Shown: in pieces, positions 15,083 to 23,931 of the stretch
Numbering within the stretch: the first letter of the stretch is position 1
Layout of the letters: the number at the start of each line of letters is the position of its first letter
Virus record (IMG/VR): IMGVR_UViG_3300044768_000009
Coordinates: 1-27,873 of that record
Length of the DNA stretch: 27,873 bases
Strand: one strand, 5' to 3'
Source of the DNA: a virus
Lineage: Duplodnaviria > Caudoviricetes
Notes under the pieces: generated by a model
The model's input: the letters and a program-made list of their open reading frames with translations, nothing else
What the model was told of the DNA's origin: nothing
Database searches by the model: none
Translations under genes and position numbers: made by a program

Positions 15083-15946
15083 ATGACGATGGATTCACTG
15101 GCAGATATTTTGTCCGGTGCGGGTGAGCCCGCATCTTCTGAGAGCACGCCTGAGCCTGCCAAGGCCGCGGCGACGGATGTAAAACCCGCTGAACCTGCAA
15201 AGGAAGCGCCCGCTGCGACATCGGCAGCGAAGACGCCTGAGGCTCCTGCTGAAAAGGTCGAATTGACCGAGACGGCAGAGCAAGCCGCAGAACGTACTCG
15301 GAACGAAAAGGGTCAGTTTGCAAAACCTGACGAGATCAAGGCGCTACAGCAAGGACTCGCTGAGGAGCGGCGCAAGCGTCAGGAGTCGGAACGCAAACTG
15401 CGAGAGATTGAGGCTGCGAAGAAACCAGACGAGCCGAAGAAGGACTTCTGGGAAGACCCGGAAGCCGCTCTGGAGGAGCGTCTATCGCCTCGTGAAGAGA
15501 AGCTACGGCTTGAGTCCGAGTCCAGGTTTTTCACGCTGTGTGAAGATTTGGCGAAGGACAAGCATGCTGACTACGAGGATGTCGTCAATGAGTTACTGAC
15601 CGAGGCACAGGAAGATGCCGCGCTCGGCCCTCAAGTCTTCGCGCAGGCCAAAGCGGCTCGCAATCCGGCTGAGTTTCTCTACAAATTCTCGCTGAATCGA
15701 CGTGAGATGAAAGCGGTGGGCGGTGACCTTGGCAAGTACAAGGAAACCGTCACCGCAGAATTCAAAACGAAGATTTCAGCGCTGGAAGCAGAGAACAAAG
15801 CACTCAAGACCCAGCTGGACAATATCGGCAAGGTTCCCTCGTCGCTGAACGCAGAACCTTCAGCGAGTCGAGCGGCTGTTGAGAAAGAATCAGTCGAGAA
15901 CGAACCGCTGGGGGAAATTTTCAAACCCCGCAAGCGCCGAGCATAG
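15083..15946 (+). CDS. Scaffolding protein
   Basis: Low-complexity A/E/P/K N-terminus, RNEKGQF motif, coiled coil, basic C-terminus KPRKRRA; directly upstream of the capsid gene. Confidence 0.85.
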   Translation: MTMDSLADILSGAGEPASSESTPEPAKAAATDVKPAEPAKEAPAATSAAKTPEAPAEKVELTETAEQAAERTRNEKGQFAKPDEIKALQQGLAEERRKRQESERKLREIEAAKKPDEPKKDFWEDPEAALEERLSPREEKLRLESESRFFTLCEDLAKDKHADYEDVVNELLTEAQEDAALGPQVFAQAKAARNPAEFLYKFSLNRREMKAVGGDLGKYKETVTAEFKTKISALEAENKALKTQLDNIGKVPSSLNAEPSASRAAVEKESVENEPLGEIFKPRKRRA

Positions 15947-15968
15947 CCACCCACGAGGTGGCTTTTTT
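15945..15968 (+). terminator. Intrinsic terminator-like hairpin
   Basis: AGCCACC-CACGA-GGTGGCT-TTTTT. Confidence 0.65.
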
Positions 15969-15991
15969 ATGCCCGGCCCTGGAGATAGATC

Positions 15992-17074
15992 ATGGCCGAG
16001 ACTGCATTAACCACTGAACTGCGCGTCAAGAAGTGGGAGAAGAAATTCTTCAAAGAGTACGTGCGCGATGGCCGGTTCTCCCCCTACATGGGGACGACCG
16101 AATTCTCAATGATCCAGGTGAAGGAAGACCTGACGGCGACAGCCGGCCAGGCGCTGTCCATCACCCTCATCAACCGACTGACCGGCGCGGGCGTTACCGG
16201 CAAATCCACGCTGAAAGGCAATGAAGAGCAGATGGACCAGAGAACCTTTGTGTTCTCCGTGGACCGCGTGCGTCATGCCGTTCTGCACGATGGCCTGGAT
16301 GAGCTGTTCTCCCCCATCGATCTGGTCGAGGCGAAGGACGCCGTGATCAAGGACTGGTTCAAGGAAAAAATGCGCGACGAGCTGATCGCCGCGATGGGCT
16401 CGATCAACGGCATTGCCTACGCAACCGCCTCGGAGGCGCAGAAAGACGCTTGGCTGGTCGACAACGCGGATCGCGTGCTCTTCGGCGCATCGGTATCGAA
16501 CAATGCGGCCAACGATCACTCCGCTGCACTGGCGAACATCGACAACACCGCCGACAAGTTCACCGGTTCGGTGTTGAAGCTGCTCAAGCGTCGCGCCAAG
16601 AATGCCAATCCGAAAGTCCGGCCGATCAAGATTTCGGGGGACGAGGAATGGTATGTGGCATTCGCTGGAACCAACACCTTCCGGGACTTCTCGGAAGACC
16701 CTGTGGTTCAGCAGGCCAGTCGCGAAGCGTGGGAGCGCGGGAAGGATAACCCGCTGTTCACCGGCGGCGACCTGATTCTCGACGGCGTCATTGTTCGCGA
16801 GGTGTCCGACATCGCAGATATCGCGGGCGTGGGTGCCGGTGGCATCGACGTGGGTCCGGTTTATCTGTGCGGCGCACAGGCGTTGGGCATCGCGTGGAAA
16901 CGCCGAACCAAGATGATCACCGACACCGATGACTACGGTGCCAAGCGCGGCGCGGGCGCCGAGGAAGTCCGCGACATCAAGAAACTGTTGTTCGGTAAGG
17001 GCGCCAGCGATCGTGATGACCTCGTACAGCACGGCATCGCGACTCTGTACGCAGCTTCAGTCGACGACGCTTGA
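15992..17074 (+). CDS. Major capsid protein (N4-gp56/DUF4043-like, HK97 fold)
   Basis: 360 aa after the scaffold; LTGAGVTGKSTLKGNEE, NPLFTGG and LCGAQALGIAW motifs. Confidence 0.9.
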   Translation: MAETALTTELRVKKWEKKFFKEYVRDGRFSPYMGTTEFSMIQVKEDLTATAGQALSITLINRLTGAGVTGKSTLKGNEEQMDQRTFVFSVDRVRHAVLHDGLDELFSPIDLVEAKDAVIKDWFKEKMRDELIAAMGSINGIAYATASEAQKDAWLVDNADRVLFGASVSNNAANDHSAALANIDNTADKFTGSVLKLLKRRAKNANPKVRPIKISGDEEWYVAFAGTNTFRDFSEDPVVQQASREAWERGKDNPLFTGGDLILDGVIVREVSDIADIAGVGAGGIDVGPVYLCGAQALGIAWKRRTKMITDTDDYGAKRGAGAEEVRDIKKLLFGKGASDRDDLVQHGIATLYAASVDDA

Positions 17075-17089
17075 TAGGAGCAACAACAA

Positions 17090-17644
17090 ATGGAAACACT
17101 CCAATCAACACTCACTGAGAATGGAGTGAACCAAGGTGACATGGTTCGCTTCATGAAAAACGTCCGTGACGTGGTCAATGACATTCAGGATAAGCTGACG
17201 GGTAACTACGTCATCGGTGTCCCGGCATTGGCCATCGGCTCAACGACTACGGCGGTCTCAACGGCGCTGTTCCACTACATGATTGGTGGAAAGCACTACA
17301 TCAAGGCCGCGGTCGCGGCGGGCACGGCACCGGGAAACGACGTGATCCCGGAGGATCTATTCGGGGCCGTAGCGTTGGACATCGGCGCGGACGGCACGCT
17401 GGATGCGATCGAAGCGACGGCGAATGCAACGGGGTACGCCTCGGCGGCTCTGGCGGTTGCTGGATTGCCAGCGGCAGCATCCGCGCATGCCCGCGTCGGC
17501 TGGGTGACGGCGACGAAGTCGGATGGTGCATTCACGTTCGGGACCACTGCGCTCAATGCGGCGAACTCGACCGTGGCGTACGCCGATGCGACAACGCTGG
17601 CCAATTCCATTGAGACCACCGCGCTCACACTTTCGAAAGGTTAA
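17090..17644 (+). CDS. Virion structural protein, probable capsid decoration
   Basis: AGGAG SD; Ala/Gly/Thr-rich; immediately after the capsid gene. Confidence 0.6.
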   Translation: METLQSTLTENGVNQGDMVRFMKNVRDVVNDIQDKLTGNYVIGVPALAIGSTTTAVSTALFHYMIGGKHYIKAAVAAGTAPGNDVIPEDLFGAVALDIGADGTLDAIEATANATGYASAALAVAGLPAAASAHARVGWVTATKSDGAFTFGTTALNAANSTVAYADATTLANSIETTALTLSKG

Positions 17645-17655
17645 GGAGAGAGATC

Positions 17656-18165
17656 ATGACTACATTTACGGCTACGAGAGCCGCAGAAACGTTTCCCATC
17701 TTCAAGGCGCACGGCGCCGGACTGCTGCAGGTGGCCCGCGGCACCTACGCGATTGCCGTCAATCCGGTGGCTGCGGACATTTATCAGATGTGCTGGGTGC
17801 CAGCCGGCGCGGTGATTGTCGGTGGTCGACTGGTCGCAGCCGACCTGGACACCAACGGTACCGAGACGCTCGATATGGACTTGGGCTGGGCTGCCAACGG
17901 GGGTTCGGGCACCTACGACGCATTGGATGCGGACGGACTGGGCAACTTCGGCGTCTGGGTCGGTGATGCATTTGCGGGTGGCAATACTTTCGGGATCGCA
18001 GGCAACGGCTTCGATCTCGCCGGCATCCTGGCCACGGGCATCCACCCATACTTCACGCGTCCAACGCTGATCCAACTGACCGCTGTGGCGACCGCAGCAA
18101 CGCTCACGGCGGGATCGGTGTCGGTGGCTGTCCATTACGTCGTTGACGAGTCCTTGGTCGCGTAA
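17656..18165 (+). CDS. Probable capsid cement/decoration protein (jelly-roll-like)
   Basis: AAGGAG SD; VPAGAVIVG...DLDTNG...LDMDLG pattern. Confidence 0.65.
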   Translation: MTTFTATRAAETFPIFKAHGAGLLQVARGTYAIAVNPVAADIYQMCWVPAGAVIVGGRLVAADLDTNGTETLDMDLGWAANGGSGTYDALDADGLGNFGVWVGDAFAGGNTFGIAGNGFDLAGILATGIHPYFTRPTLIQLTAVATAATLTAGSVSVAVHYVVDESLVA

Positions 18166-18167
18166 CC

Positions 18168-18197
18168 GAAAGCCCCTGCTCGTGAGGGGCTTTCTTC
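18168..18197 (+). terminator. Intrinsic terminator after head genes
   Basis: GAAAGCCCCT-GCTCGTG-AGGGGCTTTC-TTC. Confidence 0.7.
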
Positions 18198-18209
18198 TCG
18201 TGAGGTGAT

Positions 18210-18461
18210 ATGAAATTCCGATACATCGAAAAATGCGCAAAGGGCTACGTGGAGTTCACGCGCGGTGATGAAGTGATCACGATGGAGACGGGCGAGGTAG
18301 TTGAAGTACCTGACTGGCTGGCCACCAAGCTATCGGCCAACGATCACTTTGAGCAGGTAACCGATGATGGCGTGGCTGTGTCAGCTAGAAAAGGCTGGCC
18401 GAAGGGGAAGCCGAGAAAGCCCGTTGCCAAACAGGTGACCAGTGACGCCGACGGAACTTAA
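18210..18461 (+). CDS. Hypothetical phage protein
   Basis: GAGGTG SD; KLSANDHFE motif and basic tail. Confidence 0.7.
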   Translation: MKFRYIEKCAKGYVEFTRGDEVITMETGEVVEVPDWLATKLSANDHFEQVTDDGVAVSARKGWPKGKPRKPVAKQVTSDADGT

Positions 18462-18810
18462 AACAGCCGCGCTCGTCCGGTTGGCGGCGCTGCCGGCCGG
18501 CGAGGCCGCTGATCCGGATGACTTCGCCACGATGACGACGAAGTACGCATCGCTGCATGCGTTGCTGCTGACCAAGGAGCTAGTCACTTGGTCGCTCACT
18601 GAAAGCATTCCGGTGAAGGCGCAGGAGCCAGTAACAGCGATGCTCGCCGCGCTGTGCGTGAACGAATTCACCGTGCCGGAGCCGCGCAAGTCGCAGCTGA
18701 TAGCCGAGGGCGCGTTGGACATGCCGACGCCTTCGTTAGCGGAACGGCAGCTCAGGAAGGCGCTCGCGCGGCGCTACGTGTCTACTTCGTTGCGCACGAC
18801 GTATTTCTAA
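18442..18810 (+). CDS. Head-tail adaptor (P22 gp4-like)
   Basis: Helical 122-aa protein (ALVRLAALPAGEAADPDD...TYF) directly before the tail-hub gene. Confidence 0.7.
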   Translation: MTPTELKTAALVRLAALPAGEAADPDDFATMTTKYASLHALLLTKELVTWSLTESIPVKAQEPVTAMLAALCVNEFTVPEPRKSQLIAEGALDMPTPSLAERQLRKALARRYVSTSLRTTYF

Positions 18811-20187
18811 ATGCGCCTTCAATTCGGACTTGAGGCGTACCAACATCGAAGCAAACCGGTGGCCGCGCAGCGCCTGGTCAATTGCTGGCTAGAGAAGTCG
18901 CCGGTCGGTGCAAAGAATCCAGTCGCATTGATTGGCAGTTATGGAATCGCCGATTTCACCACCGCCGGAACGGGCTACTTGCGCGGCGGACTGGTTGTTA
19001 AGAACGTGGCCTGCGTCGTGTCCGGAACCGGTCTCTACCGGATCAGTTCAGGCGGCACGGCGACACTGCTCGGCACAGTGCCCAATTTAGACCGCGTGAG
19101 CATGGCAGGTGACGGCACGAATATCATGATTGTCACCGGTGGTGACGGTTATGTGTGGAATGGCACGACTGTCGCGCAGATTACCGATCCGGACTTCCCC
19201 GGCGCGGATTGGGTCGTGTACCTCGACGGATATTTCGTCATCGGGATCAATGGCGAGGTGTACATCTCTGACCCGTTCGATCCCACGGCATGGAACGCGC
19301 TGGAATTTGCAAGCGCTGAAGCCTCCCCTGATGACATCGTCGGCGCCATCGTCGAGAAACGCGAGTTGTTCATCGGTGGCCAGGACACGATTGAAGTCTG
19401 GATGAATACCGGGAATGCCGACTTTCCGTTGGAGCGTATCCCCTCCGGGGTCTGCGAGATCGGCTTGTTGTCCCGATTCGGATTCGCGAAGGCGGACAAC
19501 TCCGTGTTCTTTCCGGCAACGGATTTTACGGTGCGTCGAATGGACGGCTACACGCCTGTCATCATCTCGACGCCCGTCATCTCTCAGGCCATCGAAGACT
19601 TGGCCGACAAGACCATGTACGGCATGACATGGACCGAAGGCGGTCACACGATGTACGGATTGACGTCGAGCGAATGGACCAAGGTTTTCGATACCTCCTC
19701 GCAGTTGTGGCACGACAGGAAAAGCTACGGCTACGAGTATTCGCGGCCGATGTTCGCGCTGAACACTTACAATAAGTGGTTGATGGGTGACGCGCTGTCG
19801 AACAAGATCGGGCAGTTGTCTGCGGATACCTTCACCGAGTGGGGCGACCCGCTCGTCATGCTGGGCTCGGCCTATGTGAGCGCGCAGGACAACGCGCAGA
19901 TCACCTCGGGACGACTTGAGCTTGCCTTTGAGCAGGGCGTGGGGCTCGCCACTGGCCAGGGCTCAGACCCGCAAGTGATGATGCGGCAATCCTTCGATGA
20001 CGCCCGTAAATGGACGAGTGAGGCGTGGCGCGACATGGGGCGCATTGGCGAGACCACGAAGACGGCGGTATGGAATCGATGCGGCAAGGTTCAGCATCCC
20101 GTGTCCAGAACGCTTGAATTCTCAATCTCCGATCCCGTACGACGTGCTTTGATCTACGCCACTTACGGACCGAGGGAAGGCGAGTGA
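18811..20187 (+). CDS. Packaged-DNA stabilisation/tail hub protein (P22 gp10-like)
   Basis: 458 aa; YLDGYFV, FASAEASPDDIVG, TIEVWMNTG, DPQVMMRQSFD, ISDPVRR motifs. Confidence 0.88.
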   Translation: MRLQFGLEAYQHRSKPVAAQRLVNCWLEKSPVGAKNPVALIGSYGIADFTTAGTGYLRGGLVVKNVACVVSGTGLYRISSGGTATLLGTVPNLDRVSMAGDGTNIMIVTGGDGYVWNGTTVAQITDPDFPGADWVVYLDGYFVIGINGEVYISDPFDPTAWNALEFASAEASPDDIVGAIVEKRELFIGGQDTIEVWMNTGNADFPLERIPSGVCEIGLLSRFGFAKADNSVFFPATDFTVRRMDGYTPVIISTPVISQAIEDLADKTMYGMTWTEGGHTMYGLTSSEWTKVFDTSSQLWHDRKSYGYEYSRPMFALNTYNKWLMGDALSNKIGQLSADTFTEWGDPLVMLGSAYVSAQDNAQITSGRLELAFEQGVGLATGQGSDPQVMMRQSFDDARKWTSEAWRDMGRIGETTKTAVWNRCGKVQHPVSRTLEFSISDPVRRALIYATYGPREGE

Positions 20188-21011
20188 CGGTCGGGATTCT
20201 GCGCATTCCGAAGCAGTTGCCTAAGAACAATCGCGAGTGGGAGCAGTTCACGCAGAAGCTGAATCAGGGAATTCAGTTGAACGGTGAGCAGATCGTACTG
20301 AGCACGCTGACAACTATCGCGGAACGCACGGGAACCGACTTAGATTCGCTGCTCGCACTGATCACAGATGACGGACGTGCCGAGAACCAGCGATTCCTGA
20401 ACATGATCACATTCGGAAACGCACCGAGCGTTCAAAGCTCAATTCCGATTACGGCGTCCGCGGACGCGGTGACGGCCGAGATCCAGATCGGCGCACACAC
20501 GCTTCACTATGGCGGTCTCACGCTCGCCTATAACGCCGGCACGGTCACCGGTCTTTTGCCATCCGCCGATTATTATGTATACGCGGACGATCCGACCCTT
20601 GTCGGTGGCGCGGTGACGTATCAGGCGACGACGAACTACGTCAATCTCGCGGGATCGAAGAATCGCTACCTGATCGGCGCCATCAGGACGCCGGTGTCAT
20701 CGATCTCCGCGGCTGTGAGCGCGGCCACGAATGCAAATCCCTGTGCGATCACGACGGGCGCGGCACATCTGATGAGCACCGCAGATCAGGTCACGTTCTC
20801 CGGCGTGGGCGGCATGACGCAGTTGAATTCACTACCGGCGGCGGCGATCACGGTAACTAGCCCAACGTCGTTCACGCTGAATGGCGTCGACTCGACTGCG
20901 TTTGGCGTATACACCGCAGGCGGCACAGTGACACGCGTAACCTCTCCTGCGGACGGCTTAGGCGGTGGTGCGGGCTACGGCTACATCTACGACATCGGGA
21001 TTTACTACTGA
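20184..21011 (+). CDS. Tail-associated protein with C-terminal FCCH-like beta domain
   Basis: GTGA-coupled; ATNANPCAITT..HLMSTADQVTFSGVGGMTQLN...FTLNGVDSTAFGVYTAGG; occupies the tail-needle position. Confidence 0.65.
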   Translation: MTVGILRIPKQLPKNNREWEQFTQKLNQGIQLNGEQIVLSTLTTIAERTGTDLDSLLALITDDGRAENQRFLNMITFGNAPSVQSSIPITASADAVTAEIQIGAHTLHYGGLTLAYNAGTVTGLLPSADYYVYADDPTLVGGAVTYQATTNYVNLAGSKNRYLIGAIRTPVSSISAAVSAATNANPCAITTGAAHLMSTADQVTFSGVGGMTQLNSLPAAAITVTSPTSFTLNGVDSTAFGVYTAGGTVTRVTSPADGLGGGAGYGYIYDIGIYY

Positions 21012-21015
21012 AGCT

Positions 21016-21252
21016 ATGGCCGTCACCGTAAAGCGCGTCCTCATCGGCAACGATCACGACGATACGAAATGGATCGTCATTGAGGGGTCCATCGAAGGCT
21101 GCCTGCAAGTCACGAAACGCCGCACGATCAACACCTCGGCCCTGGCGGATGGATCGCTGACGCTGGCCGCGGAGAAGGCGAAGCTCATCGCTGATGTCGA
21201 GGAATATCACGCCCGTTGGATCGCGGTGCAGAGCGCGCTTGAGGATCTTTGA
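21016..21252 (+). CDS. Hypothetical protein
   Basis: ATG at 21016; TGATG coupling to the next gene. Confidence 0.6.
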   Translation: MAVTVKRVLIGNDHDDTKWIVIEGSIEGCLQVTKRRTINTSALADGSLTLAAEKAKLIADVEEYHARWIAVQSALEDL

Positions 21253-21878
21253 TGCGGCACACGTTGATTCAGGTCGATGACTTTGCGCCAGACGCGGCGG
21301 AAGTCAGGAAGGCCGTGATTGAGGCGGGTTTTTCAACTGAGAAGGGGCCTGACGGTTTCGATTACACCGGCATCTGCAAGTACGAAGTGCCGCACTGGTT
21401 CGATCTGATATCGAAGGCGCTCGGGCAGAAAATCACGCCAAAGCTGTCGTGCTTTCGCCTCAACCTCGCCGGTGAATTGCCGCATAGCTGGATTCACAGC
21501 GACGACATCTGCGCGCAATTTGCGAGTGTCCTATACCTGAATCCGCCTGAGCAGTGTCGTGGCGGAACGGCTTTCTGGCGGCACACTGGGCTGCAGCTTG
21601 ATGAAATGCCGCCCTGGGAATCGCATCCCTCGCAAACCAGCGGTGAGTGGTTCCTGTCGATGATGAATCGCGAGTGGAAGGATTTGACCTTCTGGGAGCA
21701 ATCCGGATTCGTGTCGATGCGCTTCAATCGGTTCATCACGTATCCGACGTCACGGTTTCATAGTCGCTACCCGTTCGAGGGATTCGGGACTGGGCCACAG
21801 GATGGTCGTCTTATCTGGGCTTGCTTCTTCTCTGTAGAGGATTCGCTTGAGCGAACTGCACCTGCTAACAGCAGCTGA
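21252..21878 (+). CDS. 2OG-Fe(II) oxygenase-like protein (DUF6445-like)
   Basis: HSD...H facial triad (WIHSDD, RFHSR), VLYLNPP...GGTAFW, FNR, distal RL. Confidence 0.8.
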   Translation: MRHTLIQVDDFAPDAAEVRKAVIEAGFSTEKGPDGFDYTGICKYEVPHWFDLISKALGQKITPKLSCFRLNLAGELPHSWIHSDDICAQFASVLYLNPPEQCRGGTAFWRHTGLQLDEMPPWESHPSQTSGEWFLSMMNREWKDLTFWEQSGFVSMRFNRFITYPTSRFHSRYPFEGFGTGPQDGRLIWACFFSVEDSLERTAPANSS

Positions 21879-22290
21879 GGTTCCGCTGCTCTTGCCGCTG
21901 ATCCGCCAGTTCTTCGCGGAGGGCAATATTCCCGGCAAGCTCAATGAGCCCTATGCGGTCTCGACATTGCAGAAGCACCTGCAAGCCGACAGTGGATTCG
22001 TTATTGCGGCTGGTTGTCCGATTCGCGGCGCTATTTGCGGCGTGATGTTTCCAGATATGGCGACTGCGGAGCCCTGCGCAATAGAATTTTTCTGGTACTG
22101 CATGGCAGAGGAGCGCGGGTCGCTCGGGATTCGCCTGCTCGACGCGTTCGAGAAGGAAGCATTCCGACGCGGCGCGGTGCGCGTGATGATGTCGCATCTA
22201 TCAACACCAAAAACGGAACGGTTTGAATCCATGTACGCACGGCGAGGCTATGTGAAGCGAGAACAGATCTTCATGAAGGCGGCGCCATGA
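21847..22290 (+). CDS. GNAT-family acetyltransferase
   Basis: EFFWYCMAEERGSLGIRLLDAFE motif A and YARRGY; P22 gp14-like position. Confidence 0.82.
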   Translation: MSELHLLTAAEVPLLLPLIRQFFAEGNIPGKLNEPYAVSTLQKHLQADSGFVIAAGCPIRGAICGVMFPDMATAEPCAIEFFWYCMAEERGSLGIRLLDAFEKEAFRRGAVRVMMSHLSTPKTERFESMYARRGYVKREQIFMKAAP

Positions 22291-23150
22291 GCGGCGTTAC
22301 TGGCGCAATTATCGGCGGGGCCGTCGTTACTGCTGGCGCTTCCGTCTACAGTTCCAGGCAGGCATCGAATGCGACCGGCAGTGCTGCAAGTTCAGCTACC
22401 GCAGAAAACTCACGCCAGTTCGATACTGTTCGCGCAGACACCGCAGCACAGCGTCAGCTCGGCCAGGGCGCTACCGGATTGCTCTCGCGCCTCTACGGCC
22501 TGCCCGCGTACTCTGAGGCGGGTGCACGAGCGCAAGCCCCTGTGGTAATGGGTGATACAGAGTTGCCGCCTGGCACGATGGCAGTCAGCCCGGGAAACAA
22601 GAGCGGCTCCGATATCACCCTCAATGGACAGGTGATCGGCCGCGTAGTGCCTGGCGGCGCTAACGGTCGTTTTCTCCCGGCGGCTGGCGTAGATATCAAC
22701 GCGCTGTGGGCGCAACAAACGCAACAGCCAGGAGCGACTCCTGCAACGAACGCAGCGACTGGTCCTGATTTATCAGGATTCTTCGAGAGTCCGGACTATC
22801 GCTTTAATCTCGGGGAAAGCGAGAAGGCGTTGGACAGATCACTGCTCGCGCGCGGTCGAGGCATATCCGGCGCCGGGGTGAAGGAAGGCGTTCGCCTAGC
22901 ATCCGGCGCAGCCTCGGGTGAATTCGGCAACTTCTTCAACCGATTGACCACGCTCGCCGGCATTGGCAGTGCCGCAACTAACACCTCAGCACAAGCCGGG
23001 CTCACTACCGCCGCAAACAATTCGAACATCATTACGAATGCCGGCAATCAGCGGGCGAGCGCATATGTGCAGGGCGCTGCCGGAGTGAACAACTCTGTGC
23101 AAGGCGGACTCAGTAATTGGCTGCTTATGAACCAGATGAATAAGGCATAA
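22287..23150 (+). CDS. DNA ejection/pilot protein (P22 gp7-like)
   Basis: Hydrophobic Gly/Ala N-terminus; FFESPDYRFNLGE...RGISGAGVKE motif. Confidence 0.75.
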   Translation: MSGVTGAIIGGAVVTAGASVYSSRQASNATGSAASSATAENSRQFDTVRADTAAQRQLGQGATGLLSRLYGLPAYSEAGARAQAPVVMGDTELPPGTMAVSPGNKSGSDITLNGQVIGRVVPGGANGRFLPAAGVDINALWAQQTQQPGATPATNAATGPDLSGFFESPDYRFNLGESEKALDRSLLARGRGISGAGVKEGVRLASGAASGEFGNFFNRLTTLAGIGSAATNTSAQAGLTTAANNSNIITNAGNQRASAYVQGAAGVNNSVQGGLSNWLLMNQMNKA

Positions 23151-23838
23151 ATTTCTTGCTGGGATTTCTTGGCGTACCCCGTCTGTGGAAGGTTGGAATT
23201 GAATTAGGTTGATTCTTTAATCTATACGGAGAAGGACCGAGAATTTTATCTGCAGGCAATCCATTATGGAGACGGTTGATTATTGTTATGTATGGAATGC
23301 CAAGTTCTTTGGACCATTGCAACGGAGTCATTGTTTTTCCGAAAGCGGAAATGCTTCCTAAGGATCGACTGGTGTTATTCATTTGTTCGTCGTTGGTAGC
23401 CCAACGACAATTTCCTGGCTCGTAATTGCCATCGTTGTTTGGGTAGCGGTCGATACTTAGTCCATTTGGCTTCTGACCCATGTCGGCGAGGAAGTTTTCG
23501 AAGAGAGCCCATCGCTCGCAAACAGCGATACCGCGACCACCGTATGATGACCATCTGGCGTTCTTAGGATTGGTGCAGCGCTGCCAAATCCTAACCCATG
23601 TTGTGTAGGTTGGATTTGCGGCATTGCCGTGAGTCTTTCGGCGCTTGCTTACTACTTCGCGCCGAAAGCATCCGCAGCTTTTTGTTTTGCCGGCAGTCAG
23701 TTCACTAGATTTTATTGTCTTAACAGTGCCGCAATCGCACTGGCAGTTCCAAGTTGCGCGACCTTTTGGTTTTGAGTGAAGATTTATTACTAAAAGTCGA
23801 CCGAATCGTCGGCCGGATTTATCATTGAATTTAGCCAT
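23125..23838 (-). CDS. Free-standing HNH-family homing endonuclease
   Basis: GRRFGRL...WNCQCDCG...TKSCGC, YGGRGIAVCERW, SIDRYPNNDGNYEPGNCRWAT; AGGAG SD before ATG at 23838; visibly AT-richer than its flanks. Confidence 0.88.
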   Translation of the reverse strand: MAKFNDKSGRRFGRLLVINLHSKPKGRATWNCQCDCGTVKTIKSSELTAGKTKSCGCFRREVVSKRRKTHGNAANPTYTTWVRIWQRCTNPKNARWSSYGGRGIAVCERWALFENFLADMGQKPNGLSIDRYPNNDGNYEPGNCRWATNDEQMNNTSRSLGSISAFGKTMTPLQWSKELGIPYITIINRLHNGLPADKILGPSPYRLKNQPNSIPTFHRRGTPRNPSKKFMPYSSGS

Positions 23839-23871
23839 GTCGTCACTCCTGTTCAGTGGTGGCTTGGTGAG

Positions 23872-23917
23872 AGGCCCGAGTAACGTTAGCGCGTTCTCGG
23901 GCTTCGCTATTTTAGCA
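23872..23917 (-). promoter_or_regulatory. Extended -10 promoter (TGcTAAAAT) and leader hairpin for the HNH gene
   Basis: Minus strand: TGCTAAAAT, then GCCCGAG-AACGCGCTAACGTTA-CTCGGGC. Confidence 0.55.
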
Positions 23918-23931
23918 CTGGAGCGCCCGTA

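Noticed and set aside
16106-17032. Long antisense ORFs (also 5725-6507, 7756-8487, 11875-12609, 13125-13760, 19087-19713, 23956-24732)
   Set aside because: Shadow frames of well-supported + strand genes in GC-rich DNA, with no recognisable motifs.
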